Below the pieces are notes generated by a model. The model made no database searches. It saw only the letters and a list, made by a program, of their open reading frames with translations, and was not told where the DNA came from. Shown here one piece after another: positions 8,436-16,242 of a DNA stretch of 40,222 nucleotides. The DNA is taken from the IMG/VR virus record IMGVR_UViG_3300014655_000005, positions 1 to 40,222 of that record. The stretch is one strand, 5' to 3'. Source of the stretch: a virus. Its lineage: Duplodnaviria; Caudoviricetes. A program made the position numbers and the translations under genes. The number at the start of each line of letters is the position of its first letter. Position 1 is the stretch's first letter.

Positions 8436-8662
8436 CGGGCGGCTCCGGCGGAGGGCGCCGCGAGTGGCGAGTGGCGAGTGGCGAGGCGCGCTTCGCGCGC
8501 TCTCTCGGCGACAAGACGCGCTTCGCGCTTTTGCAGGGCGGCGATGCGTGCGGCGAAGCGCGCCTCGGCGGCGCGCGATTGCGCGAGATCGACGAGCAGA
8601 ACGGCGGCGAGGCGGCGACGGCAATCGTCGCGGTGAGGCTGAATGAGGCGCGGCGGCGACAT
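8432..8662 (-). CDS. First gene of the leftward operon, hypothetical (76 aa), containing palindromic-repeat-derived sequence
   Basis: First ATG downstream of PL; stop overlaps ParB start. Confidence 0.5.
   Translation of the reverse strand: MSPPRLIQPHRDDCRRRLAAVLLVDLAQSRAAEARFAARIAALQKREARLVAERAREARLATRHSPLAAPSAGAAR
8455..8533. repeat. REP-like repeat fragments: (GCGAGTG)n heptamers plus GCGCGCTTCGCGCGC and CGCGCTTCGCGC hairpins
   Basis: 8455-8484 matches 32281-32310 at 28/30; the 15-mer hairpin recurs at 15699 and 32270. Confidence 0.7.
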
Positions 8663-8696
8663 GTGCGACTCGAGGGCCGGAGGGGGCGAACGGCAT

Positions 8697-8740
8697 AAAC
8701 TACGCATGAAGCGTAACGCATGTCAACGCCTAATGCGTAG
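8697..8740 (-). promoter_or_regulatory. PL promoter with operators OL1 (8700-8716) and OL2 (8724-8740)
   Basis: Minus strand TTGACA (8726-8721)-N18-TAGTTT (8702-8697); operators CTACGC-ATGAA-GCGTAA and CAACGC-CTAAT-GCGTAG, 24 bp apart, mirroring PR. Confidence 0.85.
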
Positions 8741-8799
8741 TTTCGTTCCAAGCGTGAAATTTCCCCGTGACAGCCGGGATGGCGTAGTCTGGGCGCCGC

Positions 8800-8830
8800 T
8801 TGACACGAGCCGAGGCCGCGAGCTGCATCC
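8800..8830 (+). promoter_or_regulatory. Putative sigma70 promoter for the cargo genes
   Basis: TTGACA at 8800-8805, GCTGCATC at ~8822-8829, upstream of GGAGG and ATG 8853. Confidence 0.45.
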
Positions 8831-8852
8831 GCGCGAGGGGTCGGAGGGGGCG

Positions 8853-9293
8853 ATGGGCATCGTCAGTCGAATCGCGGCGTTCGCCGTCATGGGCGCGCTG
8901 AGCTATTTCCTTGTCGGCGTGCAGCTCGCGATGCTGATCGTCGGATTTTCCAGCCGTTTCGGCTTCGACGCGCAATGGGCCGCGGCTGGCCCGGTTACGG
9001 CGATCGCCGCGACGCTGCTGATCGTCGTCCTGGCCCGCACGCCGCGCGGCGCCTGGGGCGGGATGCTCTTGTTCGACGGCCTCGCCTGCTTCGCGCTGCC
9101 GATCGCCGGGCTGATCTTTTCCGCCTTGCTGGCGAGCGACGCAAAGCTCGACGCGGCGGGCAAGCTCGGCGCTGGCGCCGCCGGCGCGCTACTGACCGGC
9201 GCGCTCGCATTCGCGGGCTTCTTCGTCGGCCTCATCCTCGTCATCGGCGCCTATTTCACCCTGCGCGCCGCGCCGCGGCCCGCGCGCGGATGA
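8853..9293 (+). CDS. Four-TM integral membrane protein (146 aa)
   Basis: GGAGGGGG RBS; four long hydrophobic segments. Confidence 0.8.
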   Translation: MGIVSRIAAFAVMGALSYFLVGVQLAMLIVGFSSRFGFDAQWAAAGPVTAIAATLLIVVLARTPRGAWGGMLLFDGLACFALPIAGLIFSALLASDAKLDAAGKLGAGAAGALLTGALAFAGFFVGLILVIGAYFTLRAAPRPARG

Positions 9294-9319
9294 GAGGCGC
9301 AGCGTCGAAGGAGGGGAAC

Positions 9320-9682
9320 GTGAGCCGGCTGTCGGGCGCCGCGGTGTGCCTCGTGCTCGGGGTCGCGATAGCGAGTTCAGGGACCGCCGCCGCCGAAAAC
9401 AGATCGAACGACTTTCTGCTCGCGCAATCGGAATTGGGTCGCGCGCTGTGGCTTGGACGGGTGGTCGGCGACGGGTGTTCGGCCGATAGCGTTTTCTACG
9501 GTGGCAGGGGGACTCGCGGCGCCGCCAAGGATTTCGGATTTTGGAGCGTCAGCTGCTCAAGCGGGAAAAGCTACATGGTCGAGGTCCATCCGAATGGCAG
9601 TTCAAGCGTGCTCAGCTGCGCGATCATGGAAGCGATTAAGGCGGGGCGCTGCTTCGTCCATATTCCGGGCGCAGCGAGATAG
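9320..9682 (+). CDS. Exported/periplasmic protein (120 aa) with signal peptide and four mature-domain cysteines
   Basis: AAGGAGG RBS and GTG start; MSRLSGAAVCLVLGVAIASSGTAAA signal-like leader; GDGC, VSC, LSC, GRC. Confidence 0.75.
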   Translation: MSRLSGAAVCLVLGVAIASSGTAAAENRSNDFLLAQSELGRALWLGRVVGDGCSADSVFYGGRGTRGAAKDFGFWSVSCSSGKSYMVEVHPNGSSSVLSCAIMEAIKAGRCFVHIPGAAR

Positions 9683-9815
9683 GGGCCGCACGGCGAGTTT
9701 CTGGGCGTCGAGAGGCGCGGCGGGCATCCTCAATCGAATCGCGGCGACCGTCATCATGGGCGCACCGCGGCCGGCGCGCGCGCTGGTGAAGAGTTGGCGC
9801 TAGTAGGGGGACAAA

Positions 9816-10832
9816 TTGCCAAACAGGATTATCAAGGCGGCTGTTCACCATCTCAGGAAGACCGACGATGGCCTTGGGGCCGTGCACGGCCGCGATGATT
9901 TGCCGATCACCGCGACCACGCAGCGGCTAATAGACGAACTCCACGATCTCTATGCGCGACGATCGTCGAAATCGCACGGCAAGTTCTCCGACGACGTGAT
10001 CAACTTTCCCACGCAGACCCATCTGCGGGCCTATTTCCATCCGAGCCCGATCGGTTTCGGCGCCTTGACCTCAAGCCTGATGACCACCCTCCAAGTGCAG
10101 GCGCGGCGCCGGCCGAACGCGGCGGGCGGCCATGTCTTCTTCGCCCATCTTGAGCGGGACGGTCAGGAGCTCCTGCTCGTCGCGATCGTCAACGACAAGC
10201 TGAGCGCTGCTCTGACCGAGGACGACAACGTCCAGGACGTCAATCGTCTCGACATGGAGGGATTTCGGTTCGCGGGGCGCATCAATGTGACCGGCTGGCA
10301 GGCGGGGGAGTCGCGATACATCGGCTTTCTTCGCGGCAAGGGGGACGTCGCCGAATATTTTAAGGAATTCCTCGGCTGCGATACTTCCGTTCAGGACGCG
10401 CAGGACACGAAGAGCTTGGTTCGGGAGCTGAAGAATTTTGCCGAGATGAAAGGCCTGGATGCGGCGGCGAAGGATGAGTTTCTTCGACGGGCGTGCGCGA
10501 TATGCGATCGCGTGGCGCGGGAGTCTCAAGCAATCGAGTTTGGCGAGCTGGCCAACGAGCTCACGCCGACGGACCCCGGCCCCCTGCGTGATTTTTTGGC
10601 GGATCCCGAAAAGGGCCTGAGCGATGGCTTTGTTCCCAACCGTCGCGCGCTTACGGCCCTCTTGAAGTTCAAAGCCAGGACGAGGCACTGGGCGATCGAG
10701 TTTGATCGCGAGGCGATCTCCACGGGAGAGTGCGTGTTCGATCCCGTCGACAACAGCTTGACGATTCCCAATTTGCCGCCAGATTTAGCGGCCGCTTTGC
10801 GCGCCGAAAAGGCCGCCGATGTCGTCTCTTAA
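9816..10832 (+). CDS. ndpA: NdpA/YejK (37-kDa nucleoid-associated protein) family protein, 338 aa
   Basis: IIKAAVHHLRK N-terminus, AGGHVFFAH, FAGRINVTGW, YIGFLRGKGDVAEYFKEFLGC, LSDGFVPNRRAL, LTIPNLP; TTG start after AGGGGG. Confidence 0.88.
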   Translation: MPNRIIKAAVHHLRKTDDGLGAVHGRDDLPITATTQRLIDELHDLYARRSSKSHGKFSDDVINFPTQTHLRAYFHPSPIGFGALTSSLMTTLQVQARRRPNAAGGHVFFAHLERDGQELLLVAIVNDKLSAALTEDDNVQDVNRLDMEGFRFAGRINVTGWQAGESRYIGFLRGKGDVAEYFKEFLGCDTSVQDAQDTKSLVRELKNFAEMKGLDAAAKDEFLRRACAICDRVARESQAIEFGELANELTPTDPGPLRDFLADPEKGLSDGFVPNRRALTALLKFKARTRHWAIEFDREAISTGECVFDPVDNSLTIPNLPPDLAAALRAEKAADVVS

Positions 10833-12075
10833 GTTCTCCGATCTCCTCGCGATATACCGCAACACCGCGTTCGCCGCGGACGGACGATCGGGCGTGTTGA
10901 CGATCGCCTCGCCCGAAATCTTGGCGACGCTGAAGAGCGTGGAGAATCATGACGACATCGCCGAGCAGGCCGGCATCGCGTTGCCCGCGGACGATGTCGA
11001 GAAGCTGGCGGTCGGCGATCGCGCAGAGATCGAGATTTCGGCCCCTCGCCTCGGCCTCGGCATCCTTGCGCCCAGCTTTGACGTGCTTCTCAACGCCCCC
11101 GAGGCGCGACTGCGCGAGCCGGCCGCCTATTTCGTGATCAAGGAGGGCATCGCTTCCGACGATGCGTCGCCGGCGCCCATCGTGCTCGCCTACCGACGCA
11201 TGCTCGGCGTCGTGGCTTTGCTTGTCGATGCGGCTTCGTATTGCGACCGCGTGAAGGGCGAACTTGTCTTCATCCACGACGGCAAATTCGTGGTTCCGAT
11301 CCGGTATGATTCGCTCTCGTTGGCGCATCTCTCCGAGCCAATCGCCGATGCCCTCACAAGCCAGTTTTCGGACCCCCTGCATCGAGATCAGAGGCTCGAG
11401 ATCCTGGCGACTTCCGTGGTCAGCCTGACGGGGGCGCAGCCCGCGGCCCTTCGTTTCTCCTACCTTGTGCAAAATCTGGACGAGCTCGCGGCCAAGGTCG
11501 GCGACGGATACCGTTTGTTCGCCTCGAGCTTTTCCTATGGCAAGATTCGCAGCGAACTCGAGAACGCGAAAATCGACTATGTGACGAAGATCCACCGGAC
11601 CGTCGCTGATATTCAAGGCCAGCTGCTCGGCATCCCCGTCGCCACCGTTATCGTCGCATCGCAGCTCAAGGTGGCGACCACATGCGGCATCGAGCTTTGG
11701 ACCGATGTTGCGGTCATTCTGGGAGCCTGGATCTTCGCCGTTCTGCTCGGCCTCGCGATCGTCAATCAATGGTTGACGCTGGCCGCGCTCCGGACAGAGA
11801 TATTGCGGCAGCAGACCAAGTTGGCGAGCGACTACGCCGCGATCGGCGAGCAGTTCTCGGACATCTTCTCGTCCCTCCGCAGTCGCATTTGCTGGCACCG
11901 CATTGGTTTGATGATTGTCGGCGTTGTCGCCCTGGTCGGGGCCGGGTTCGCGAACTTCGCGTTTGTGCGCCTTGCGAGAGTCGATGTCGTTTCCTGCCTC
12001 TCGGGGCCCCTGCCGCTCTCGCCCCCAGCGGCGACCTCTAGTCCGTCGCCAACTCCACACCCGCACATCCTCTGA
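10819..12075 (+). CDS. Uncharacterised membrane protein (418 aa): large soluble N-domain, coiled-coil region and about three C-terminal TM helices
   Basis: 14-nt overlap with ndpA-like gene; hydrophobic segments QLLGIPVATVIVA, VAVILGAWIFAVLLGLAIV, IGLMIVGVVALVGAGFANFAFV. Confidence 0.85.
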   Translation: MSSLKFSDLLAIYRNTAFAADGRSGVLTIASPEILATLKSVENHDDIAEQAGIALPADDVEKLAVGDRAEIEISAPRLGLGILAPSFDVLLNAPEARLREPAAYFVIKEGIASDDASPAPIVLAYRRMLGVVALLVDAASYCDRVKGELVFIHDGKFVVPIRYDSLSLAHLSEPIADALTSQFSDPLHRDQRLEILATSVVSLTGAQPAALRFSYLVQNLDELAAKVGDGYRLFASSFSYGKIRSELENAKIDYVTKIHRTVADIQGQLLGIPVATVIVASQLKVATTCGIELWTDVAVILGAWIFAVLLGLAIVNQWLTLAALRTEILRQQTKLASDYAAIGEQFSDIFSSLRSRICWHRIGLMIVGVVALVGAGFANFAFVRLARVDVVSCLSGPLPLSPPAATSSPSPTPHPHIL

Positions 12076-12121
12076 TGTTCGACGCGGCGCTCGAAACGCG
12101 GCGCAGCGGGGCCTTCGCGCC

Positions 12122-12724
12122 TCAGCGCGCCGGCAGGACGCCGAGGTAGCGCCAGGCGCCGATCAGCTCGACGTCCTTCTCGTGGCCGGCGTTGTGCGAA
12201 GCAAGGTTCCAGCGATTGTCGCCGAGACCGCGCTCGAGGATCTTAATCAGCTTGCGGCCGTCGAAGGTCTGAACGATCGCGTAGCCGCCGACGAGCCGCT
12301 CGGGAACGACGGGCGTCGGATCGTAAAGAATGATCTCGCCGTCGAGGAAACGCGGCCACTGCGAATCGCCCTTGACGACCAGGGCCGCGATCTCGCCCTC
12401 GCGGGGCATCTCGATCCTGTCGGCCTTGGCCAGTTGCGCGCCGTCGTGCTCGAATTCGACCGTGGCGCCGGCGCCGACGCAACCCATGACCGGCACCATC
12501 ATGCGCCGGCCGCGCATCTCGCCGCGCCCGGTGAGCAGCCAGTCGAGCGACACCCGGAACGCGGCCGCGATTCGCTCCGCGGTCGCCTTGCTGGGCTCGC
12601 GGTCGCCGTTCTCGTAGCCGAGATAGGTCGAGACGACGAAATTCTTGGCGCGCGCCGCTTCGGTCGGCGTCTTGAAGCGCGCCTCGCGCCGCGCGAGTTT
12701 CAACCGTTCGCTGAAATCGCTCAT
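12122..12724 (-). CDS. cI: CI-like repressor (XRE HTH + S24 autopeptidase), 200 aa
   Basis: HTH ERLKLARRE...YENGDREPS...VSLDWLLTG; Ala-Gly cleavage site VGAG; catalytic Ser in GDSQ and Lys in KLIK; divergent from cro. Confidence 0.92.
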   Translation of the reverse strand: MSDFSERLKLARREARFKTPTEAARAKNFVVSTYLGYENGDREPSKATAERIAAAFRVSLDWLLTGRGEMRGRRMMVPVMGCVGAGATVEFEHDGAQLAKADRIEMPREGEIAALVVKGDSQWPRFLDGEIILYDPTPVVPERLVGGYAIVQTFDGRKLIKILERGLGDNRWNLASHNAGHEKDVELIGAWRYLGVLPAR

Positions 12725-12732
12725 GCTCGCAA

Positions 12733-12790
12733 CTTCGCATGAAGCGTTACGCAATGGGCGTTGACAAATGCTACGCTCCGTGCGTAGTTT
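12733..12790 (+). promoter_or_regulatory. OR region: PR promoter and operators OR1 (12771-12787), OR2 (12747-12763), probable OR3 (12733-12749)
   Basis: TTGACA 12761-12766, N18, TAGTTT 12785-12790; CTACGC-TCCGT-GCGTAG, TTACGC-AATGG-GCGTTG, CTTCGC-ATGAA-GCGTTA. Confidence 0.85.
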
Positions 12791-12796
12791 TCTGGC

Positions 12797-13051
12797 ATGG
12801 AATCGCCCAGCACCGTTTCCGATCTCATCGCCGCCATCGGTGTTTCGGCGCTCGCGCGCCATTTCGGGCACGAGAACGTATCCACCGTTTCGAGCTGGAA
12901 GCTGCGCGGATCGATCCCGGTGATCCATTGGCCGCGGCTGGTCGAGATCGCCGCGGAAACGGGGATCGCCGGCGTCAGCTACGAAACACTCGTCGGTATG
13001 CATGCCGGCTCCCCACACCCCTCGGCGCCAACCCCGGACCCGGCCCCATGA
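12797..13051 (+). CDS. cro: Cro-like HTH protein (84 aa)
   Basis: TVSDLIAAIGVSALARHFG...VSTVSSWKLRGSIP; divergent from cI. Confidence 0.85.
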   Translation: MESPSTVSDLIAAIGVSALARHFGHENVSTVSSWKLRGSIPVIHWPRLVEIAAETGIAGVSYETLVGMHAGSPHPSAPTPDPAP

Positions 13052-13269
13052 CCCGCTCATCGCCGCCGCTCGACGCGGTCACGATTGAGCCGGCGCGGTT
13101 TGGCGCGGTCCGGCGCGACGGCTCGCCCACGCCCGGTTGTCACGGAGATTTCCACGCCTATTACGTGCGCTGGACCGGCTGCGGCGTTCGGATGCTGCTC
13201 GGGTATGTCCCCGCCCCGCAGCCGTTTTCGCCCAGCGGGACGTCCACGTCGAGCGGAGGGGCGCGATGA
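13048..13269 (+). CDS. Hypothetical protein (73 aa)
   Basis: ATGA overlaps at both ends. Confidence 0.55.
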   Translation: MTRSSPPLDAVTIEPARFGAVRRDGSPTPGCHGDFHAYYVRWTGCGVRMLLGYVPAPQPFSPSGTSTSSGGAR

Positions 13270-13670
13270 GTTTCCGGCGGGGGCAGAGGGTCGCGTGCGC
13301 GGCCGACGAGGCGACGATCGCCGATACGCGGGCGATGCTGGCGCAGAATCGCCTCGCCGCTTTCGTTCCGGCGAAGGGGCAGATCGTCACCATCGACGGG
13401 TTCGGCAGCTCAAAGCTGACCGGCGAGCCCATGCTTCACCTGGTCGAGGAGCCGGAGCCCGGCACGTTCTACTTCGCGAAATACTTCCGTCCGCTGGTCG
13501 AGGACGACATCGACATCTCGACCTTTCACGCGATCCTCGACGCGGTGAACCAGCGGAAGTTTGTTCCGGCGCCGACGCGGCGGCTCGAGACGGTCGATGG
13601 CGGCGCAACCCCTCATCCCAAGGCGAATGCGCAGCATTCGTCCGACCCGCAAGGGGAGAAGGGAAAGTGA
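13266..13670 (+). CDS. Hypothetical phage protein (134 aa, MSFRRGQRVAC...)
   Basis: GGAGG RBS; coupled to neighbours. Confidence 0.7.
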   Translation: MSFRRGQRVACAADEATIADTRAMLAQNRLAAFVPAKGQIVTIDGFGSSKLTGEPMLHLVEEPEPGTFYFAKYFRPLVEDDIDISTFHAILDAVNQRKFVPAPTRRLETVDGGATPHPKANAQHSSDPQGEKGK

Positions 13671-14122
13671 GCTTCCGTCCGGTCAAGCCGCGCGAATACG
13701 GGACGACCGAGGAGGTGGTCTCGCGGCTGCTCGCTGAGGCAGGCGGGGTCAAGCGGGCGGCGCATCTCATCGGCCTCTCCGCCACCCAGGTCTACGCCTA
13801 CGCCGACCCGCAGGAAGAGGACCAGATCGGCTTCGACGACGTGCGGCGCCTGGTCGAGGCCTCGGGCTCGCTGGCTCCGGCCGAGGATCTCGCCGCGCTC
13901 GCCGGCGGCTTCGTCACGCGGGTCGAGGCGAGCGAGGAGGCGCTCGGCGTCCTCCTGGCGCGCAGCGCGCGCGAGCATGGCGCGGCGATGGCGCTGATCG
14001 TCGAGCGGGTGGGGAACGCCGCCGAGCTGAGCCAGGCCGACCGCGCCGAGCTCGAGCGCGACCTCGACCACGAGATCCGCGCGCTGGTCGCCGCGCGACG
14101 GAAGCTGGAGGCGGGGCCATGA
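13667..14122 (+). CDS. CII-like phage regulatory protein (151 aa)
   Basis: HTH-like GGVKRAAHLIGLSATQVYAYADP plus helical C-terminus; position after cro. Confidence 0.65.
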   Translation: MSFRPVKPREYGTTEEVVSRLLAEAGGVKRAAHLIGLSATQVYAYADPQEEDQIGFDDVRRLVEASGSLAPAEDLAALAGGFVTRVEASEEALGVLLARSAREHGAAMALIVERVGNAAELSQADRAELERDLDHEIRALVAARRKLEAGP

Positions 14123-14370
14123 ACCGCGCTGACGCCGCCGCACTCGAGGCGAGGATCCTCGCCGTGCTGCGCCAGCATGGCCGGGACGCGACCTACGTCA
14201 TCCGCAATCGGCTGTTTGAGCGTCGCGACGTCGCGACGTCGGTCGTGCTGCGCCGCTTGAAAGCGCTCGAGCGCCGCGGCTTGGTCGTTCGCGCGCAGAG
14301 TTACGCGACGATGATCGTCTGGGCGCTGGCGCCGGCCGCAGCGGCGGGCAAGGAGGCGGCGCATGCCTGA
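14119..14370 (+). CDS. Small winged-helix protein (83 aa)
   Basis: RILAVLRQHG...TYVIRNRL...VLRRLKALERRGLVVR pattern. Confidence 0.65.
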   Translation: MNRADAAALEARILAVLRQHGRDATYVIRNRLFERRDVATSVVLRRLKALERRGLVVRAQSYATMIVWALAPAAAAGKEAAHA

Positions 14371-14659
14371 CGGCGCGCACTCTTCGCCTGACGCCTCCCA
14401 CGCCGCGGCGCGGGACGCCGCGCTGGCGCGGGCCGAGAACGATTGCCGGCTGCGGGCGGCGATGCTGCTGCTTGAGCCGGAAATGCCGGGCGAGCTCGCG
14501 GCCGGGCTGCAGGCGGCTTTCGCCAAGCACGTGCGCGCCTGGCTGCTGAGCGACCGCGAGGCCCCGACGCCGACGGCGTTCTTGACCTCTTTCCAGGCTT
14601 TCGTTCGGGCGCTCGACGCGCGCGCCGGTCTCCAGGCTGCAGGAGCGCGCCGAACATGA
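14363..14659 (+). CDS. Hypothetical protein (98 aa)
   Basis: AAGGAGG RBS; overlapping chain. Confidence 0.6.
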   Translation: MPDGAHSSPDASHAAARDAALARAENDCRLRAAMLLLEPEMPGELAAGLQAAFAKHVRAWLLSDREAPTPTAFLTSFQAFVRALDARAGLQAAGARRT

Positions 14660-15378
14660 CGCACGACGGCGGCATCGTTCTCTCCACCGCCGAAGCGTCG
14701 TCGACAACGGAAGCAACGGGACAAAGCGGGAACGATACGATTCGCGCCCCGATCGAGTCGCGCGTCAAGTCGGGAGCGCGCAGCGGTCTCTCGGGCTTCG
14801 CGCGCGTCAGGCACGAGCATTACGTCGAGGAGCCGTGGGTGAGCGCGCGGCTGTTCGCGGCGCGGAGAGGCGAGCTTCACGTTCCCGGCCTGGTCGTGCT
14901 CGATCCTGCCGCCGGCTTCGGCCACATCGTCGGCTCGGCGCGCGCGGCCGGCCATGAGGCGATCGGCACGGACCTGATCAAGCGCGCGCCAAGCGTGCGG
15001 GGCGGGCGCGATTTCCTCTCAGCCCATTACCGGCGCCCGCGGCGCGGGCGGCCGCTGGCGATCGCCTGCAATCCGCCGTTCGGGCTCTTTCGTGAGTTCA
15101 CCGAAAAGGCGCTGCGGCTCGCCGACGTCTGGGTGGCGGTGCTGATCCACACAAGGCGGCTCAACGCCGCCGGCGTCTGGCTCACGCGCCTGCCGTTGCA
15201 GCGCATCCTTTACGTGACGCCGCGGCCGTCGATGTGGCCCGGCGCCATCTATCGCCAGCGCCTCGCCGACGGCCTGTCGCTGGGCACGGGGTGGGAGGAT
15301 TTCTGCTGGCTGATTTTCAAGGTCGGCGGCCGCTACCGCGGCGAAGCGGGATGGCTGGAGCGGGAGGGGCGGGGGTGA
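14656..15378 (+). CDS. SAM-dependent amino-methyltransferase, probably DNA N6-adenine (240 aa)
   Basis: Motif I VLDPAAGFG, GTDL, RDFL, motif IV CNPPF. Confidence 0.78.
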   Translation: MTHDGGIVLSTAEASSTTEATGQSGNDTIRAPIESRVKSGARSGLSGFARVRHEHYVEEPWVSARLFAARRGELHVPGLVVLDPAAGFGHIVGSARAAGHEAIGTDLIKRAPSVRGGRDFLSAHYRRPRRGRPLAIACNPPFGLFREFTEKALRLADVWVAVLIHTRRLNAAGVWLTRLPLQRILYVTPRPSMWPGAIYRQRLADGLSLGTGWEDFCWLIFKVGGRYRGEAGWLEREGRG

Positions 15379-15518
15379 ACTTAAGGAAGATCCTATCGTT
15401 CGTGCTGGCGCTGGGGCTCGCCGGCTTCTTCGTCGCGGACTTCTTGCAGGGCGACGAATTGGGCATGGCCGGCGCGGCGATCGGCTTCGCCGCGTGCTGC
15501 TGGGCGCTGCTGTCGTGA
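15375..15518 (+). CDS. Two-TM micro-protein (47 aa)
   Basis: GTGA-coupled; two hydrophobic segments. Confidence 0.55.
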   Translation: MNLRKILSFVLALGLAGFFVADFLQGDELGMAGAAIGFAACCWALLS

Positions 15519-15925
15519 GCGGCGCGGCGGCAGGCGAGGGGCGGCGGGCGCAAGGGCGATGCGCGCCTCGATCGCGCGTCCGACGGACCGCGGCCTCGAG
15601 GGGGAAGCTCTTCCCGCCGACGGACCGCGCCGTCGATCTCTTGGATGATCTGACTTCCGCGGCTTCGAGGCCGTCAAGGGGCATACCCGCCGGGGGCGGC
15701 GCGCTTCGCGCGCCCTTGACGGCCTCGAAGCCACGGAAAAAAGAGGCTTCCAAGAGGTCGACGGCGCTCTTTGCCGAGCCCGGGCCGGGCGCGGCGCTCG
15801 GCGGCGACCGGTTGAAAATTGCATATTTTGCGCCCGCTTTTGCAACGCGCGGGCGCCGTCGCGCATCAAACCGCAGCTTTAACGCATCGGCGCGCGCGCC
15901 ATTCGCCAACGAGGCGCCGCGATGA
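15515..15925 (+). CDS. Doubtful ORF (136 aa) spanning a large palindromic element
   Basis: Coupled at both ends, but low-complexity Arg/Ala/Ser sequence. Confidence 0.3.
   Translation: MSGAAAGEGRRAQGRCAPRSRVRRTAASRGKLFPPTDRAVDLLDDLTSAASRPSRGIPAGGGALRAPLTASKPRKKEASKRSTALFAEPGPGAALGGDRLKIAYFAPAFATRGRRRASNRSFNASARAPFANEAPR
15627..15767. repeat. 141-bp nested inverted-repeat element
   Basis: Outer arms 15627-15645/15749-15767 (18/19); inner arms 15655-15680/15713-15738 (25/26, including a perfect 20-bp GGCTTCGAGGCCGTCAAGGG); loop holds GCGCGCTTCGCGCGC. Confidence 0.9.
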
Positions 15926-16242
15926 CGCGCGCGCCGCCGCCGGCCTGGCACGAGGAATGCCGCGCGCTGCGCCGCCAGGGCTTGAGCTTCGCCGCGCTCG
16001 CCGCGCGTTTTCAAAAGAACGCCGACACGGTGCGCTGGGTCTGCGACGAGAACGGCGATCGGGCCCGCGCGGCGGCGCGCGCGGCCGCCTGCCGGGCGGG
16101 CGACGGCAAGCGCGCAGCGCCGAAAGCGCCAACCCGCGACGAGAGCCGCTCAGAGGCGATCATGGCGGCGGCGCGTGCCTTCGCGGCCGGCGAGATCGAC
16201 CGCGCGACGCTGATGGCGCGGATCTCGGGAGGCCGCGCATGA
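15922..16242 (+). CDS. HTH-containing protein (106 aa)
   Basis: ALRRQGLSFAALAARFQKNADTVRWV; coupled. Confidence 0.6.
   Translation: MTRAPPPAWHEECRALRRQGLSFAALAARFQKNADTVRWVCDENGDRARAAARAAACRAGDGKRAAPKAPTRDESRSEAIMAAARAFAAGEIDRATLMARISGGRA

Noticed and set aside
8455-8500. Repeat as a nut-like antitermination site
   Set aside because: Copies at 15699 and 32270 are in the opposite sense relative to transcription, and no copy follows PR closely.
6397-8751. 784-aa minus-strand ORF and other long Arg/Ala/Pro-rich ORFs in this region
   Set aside because: Off-frame shadows of the ParB-family gene in GC-rich DNA; only the last 76 codons look real.
8771-8787. Third left operator CAGCCG-GGATG-GCGTAG
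   Set aside because: Only one half-site matches; the other has four of six mismatches.
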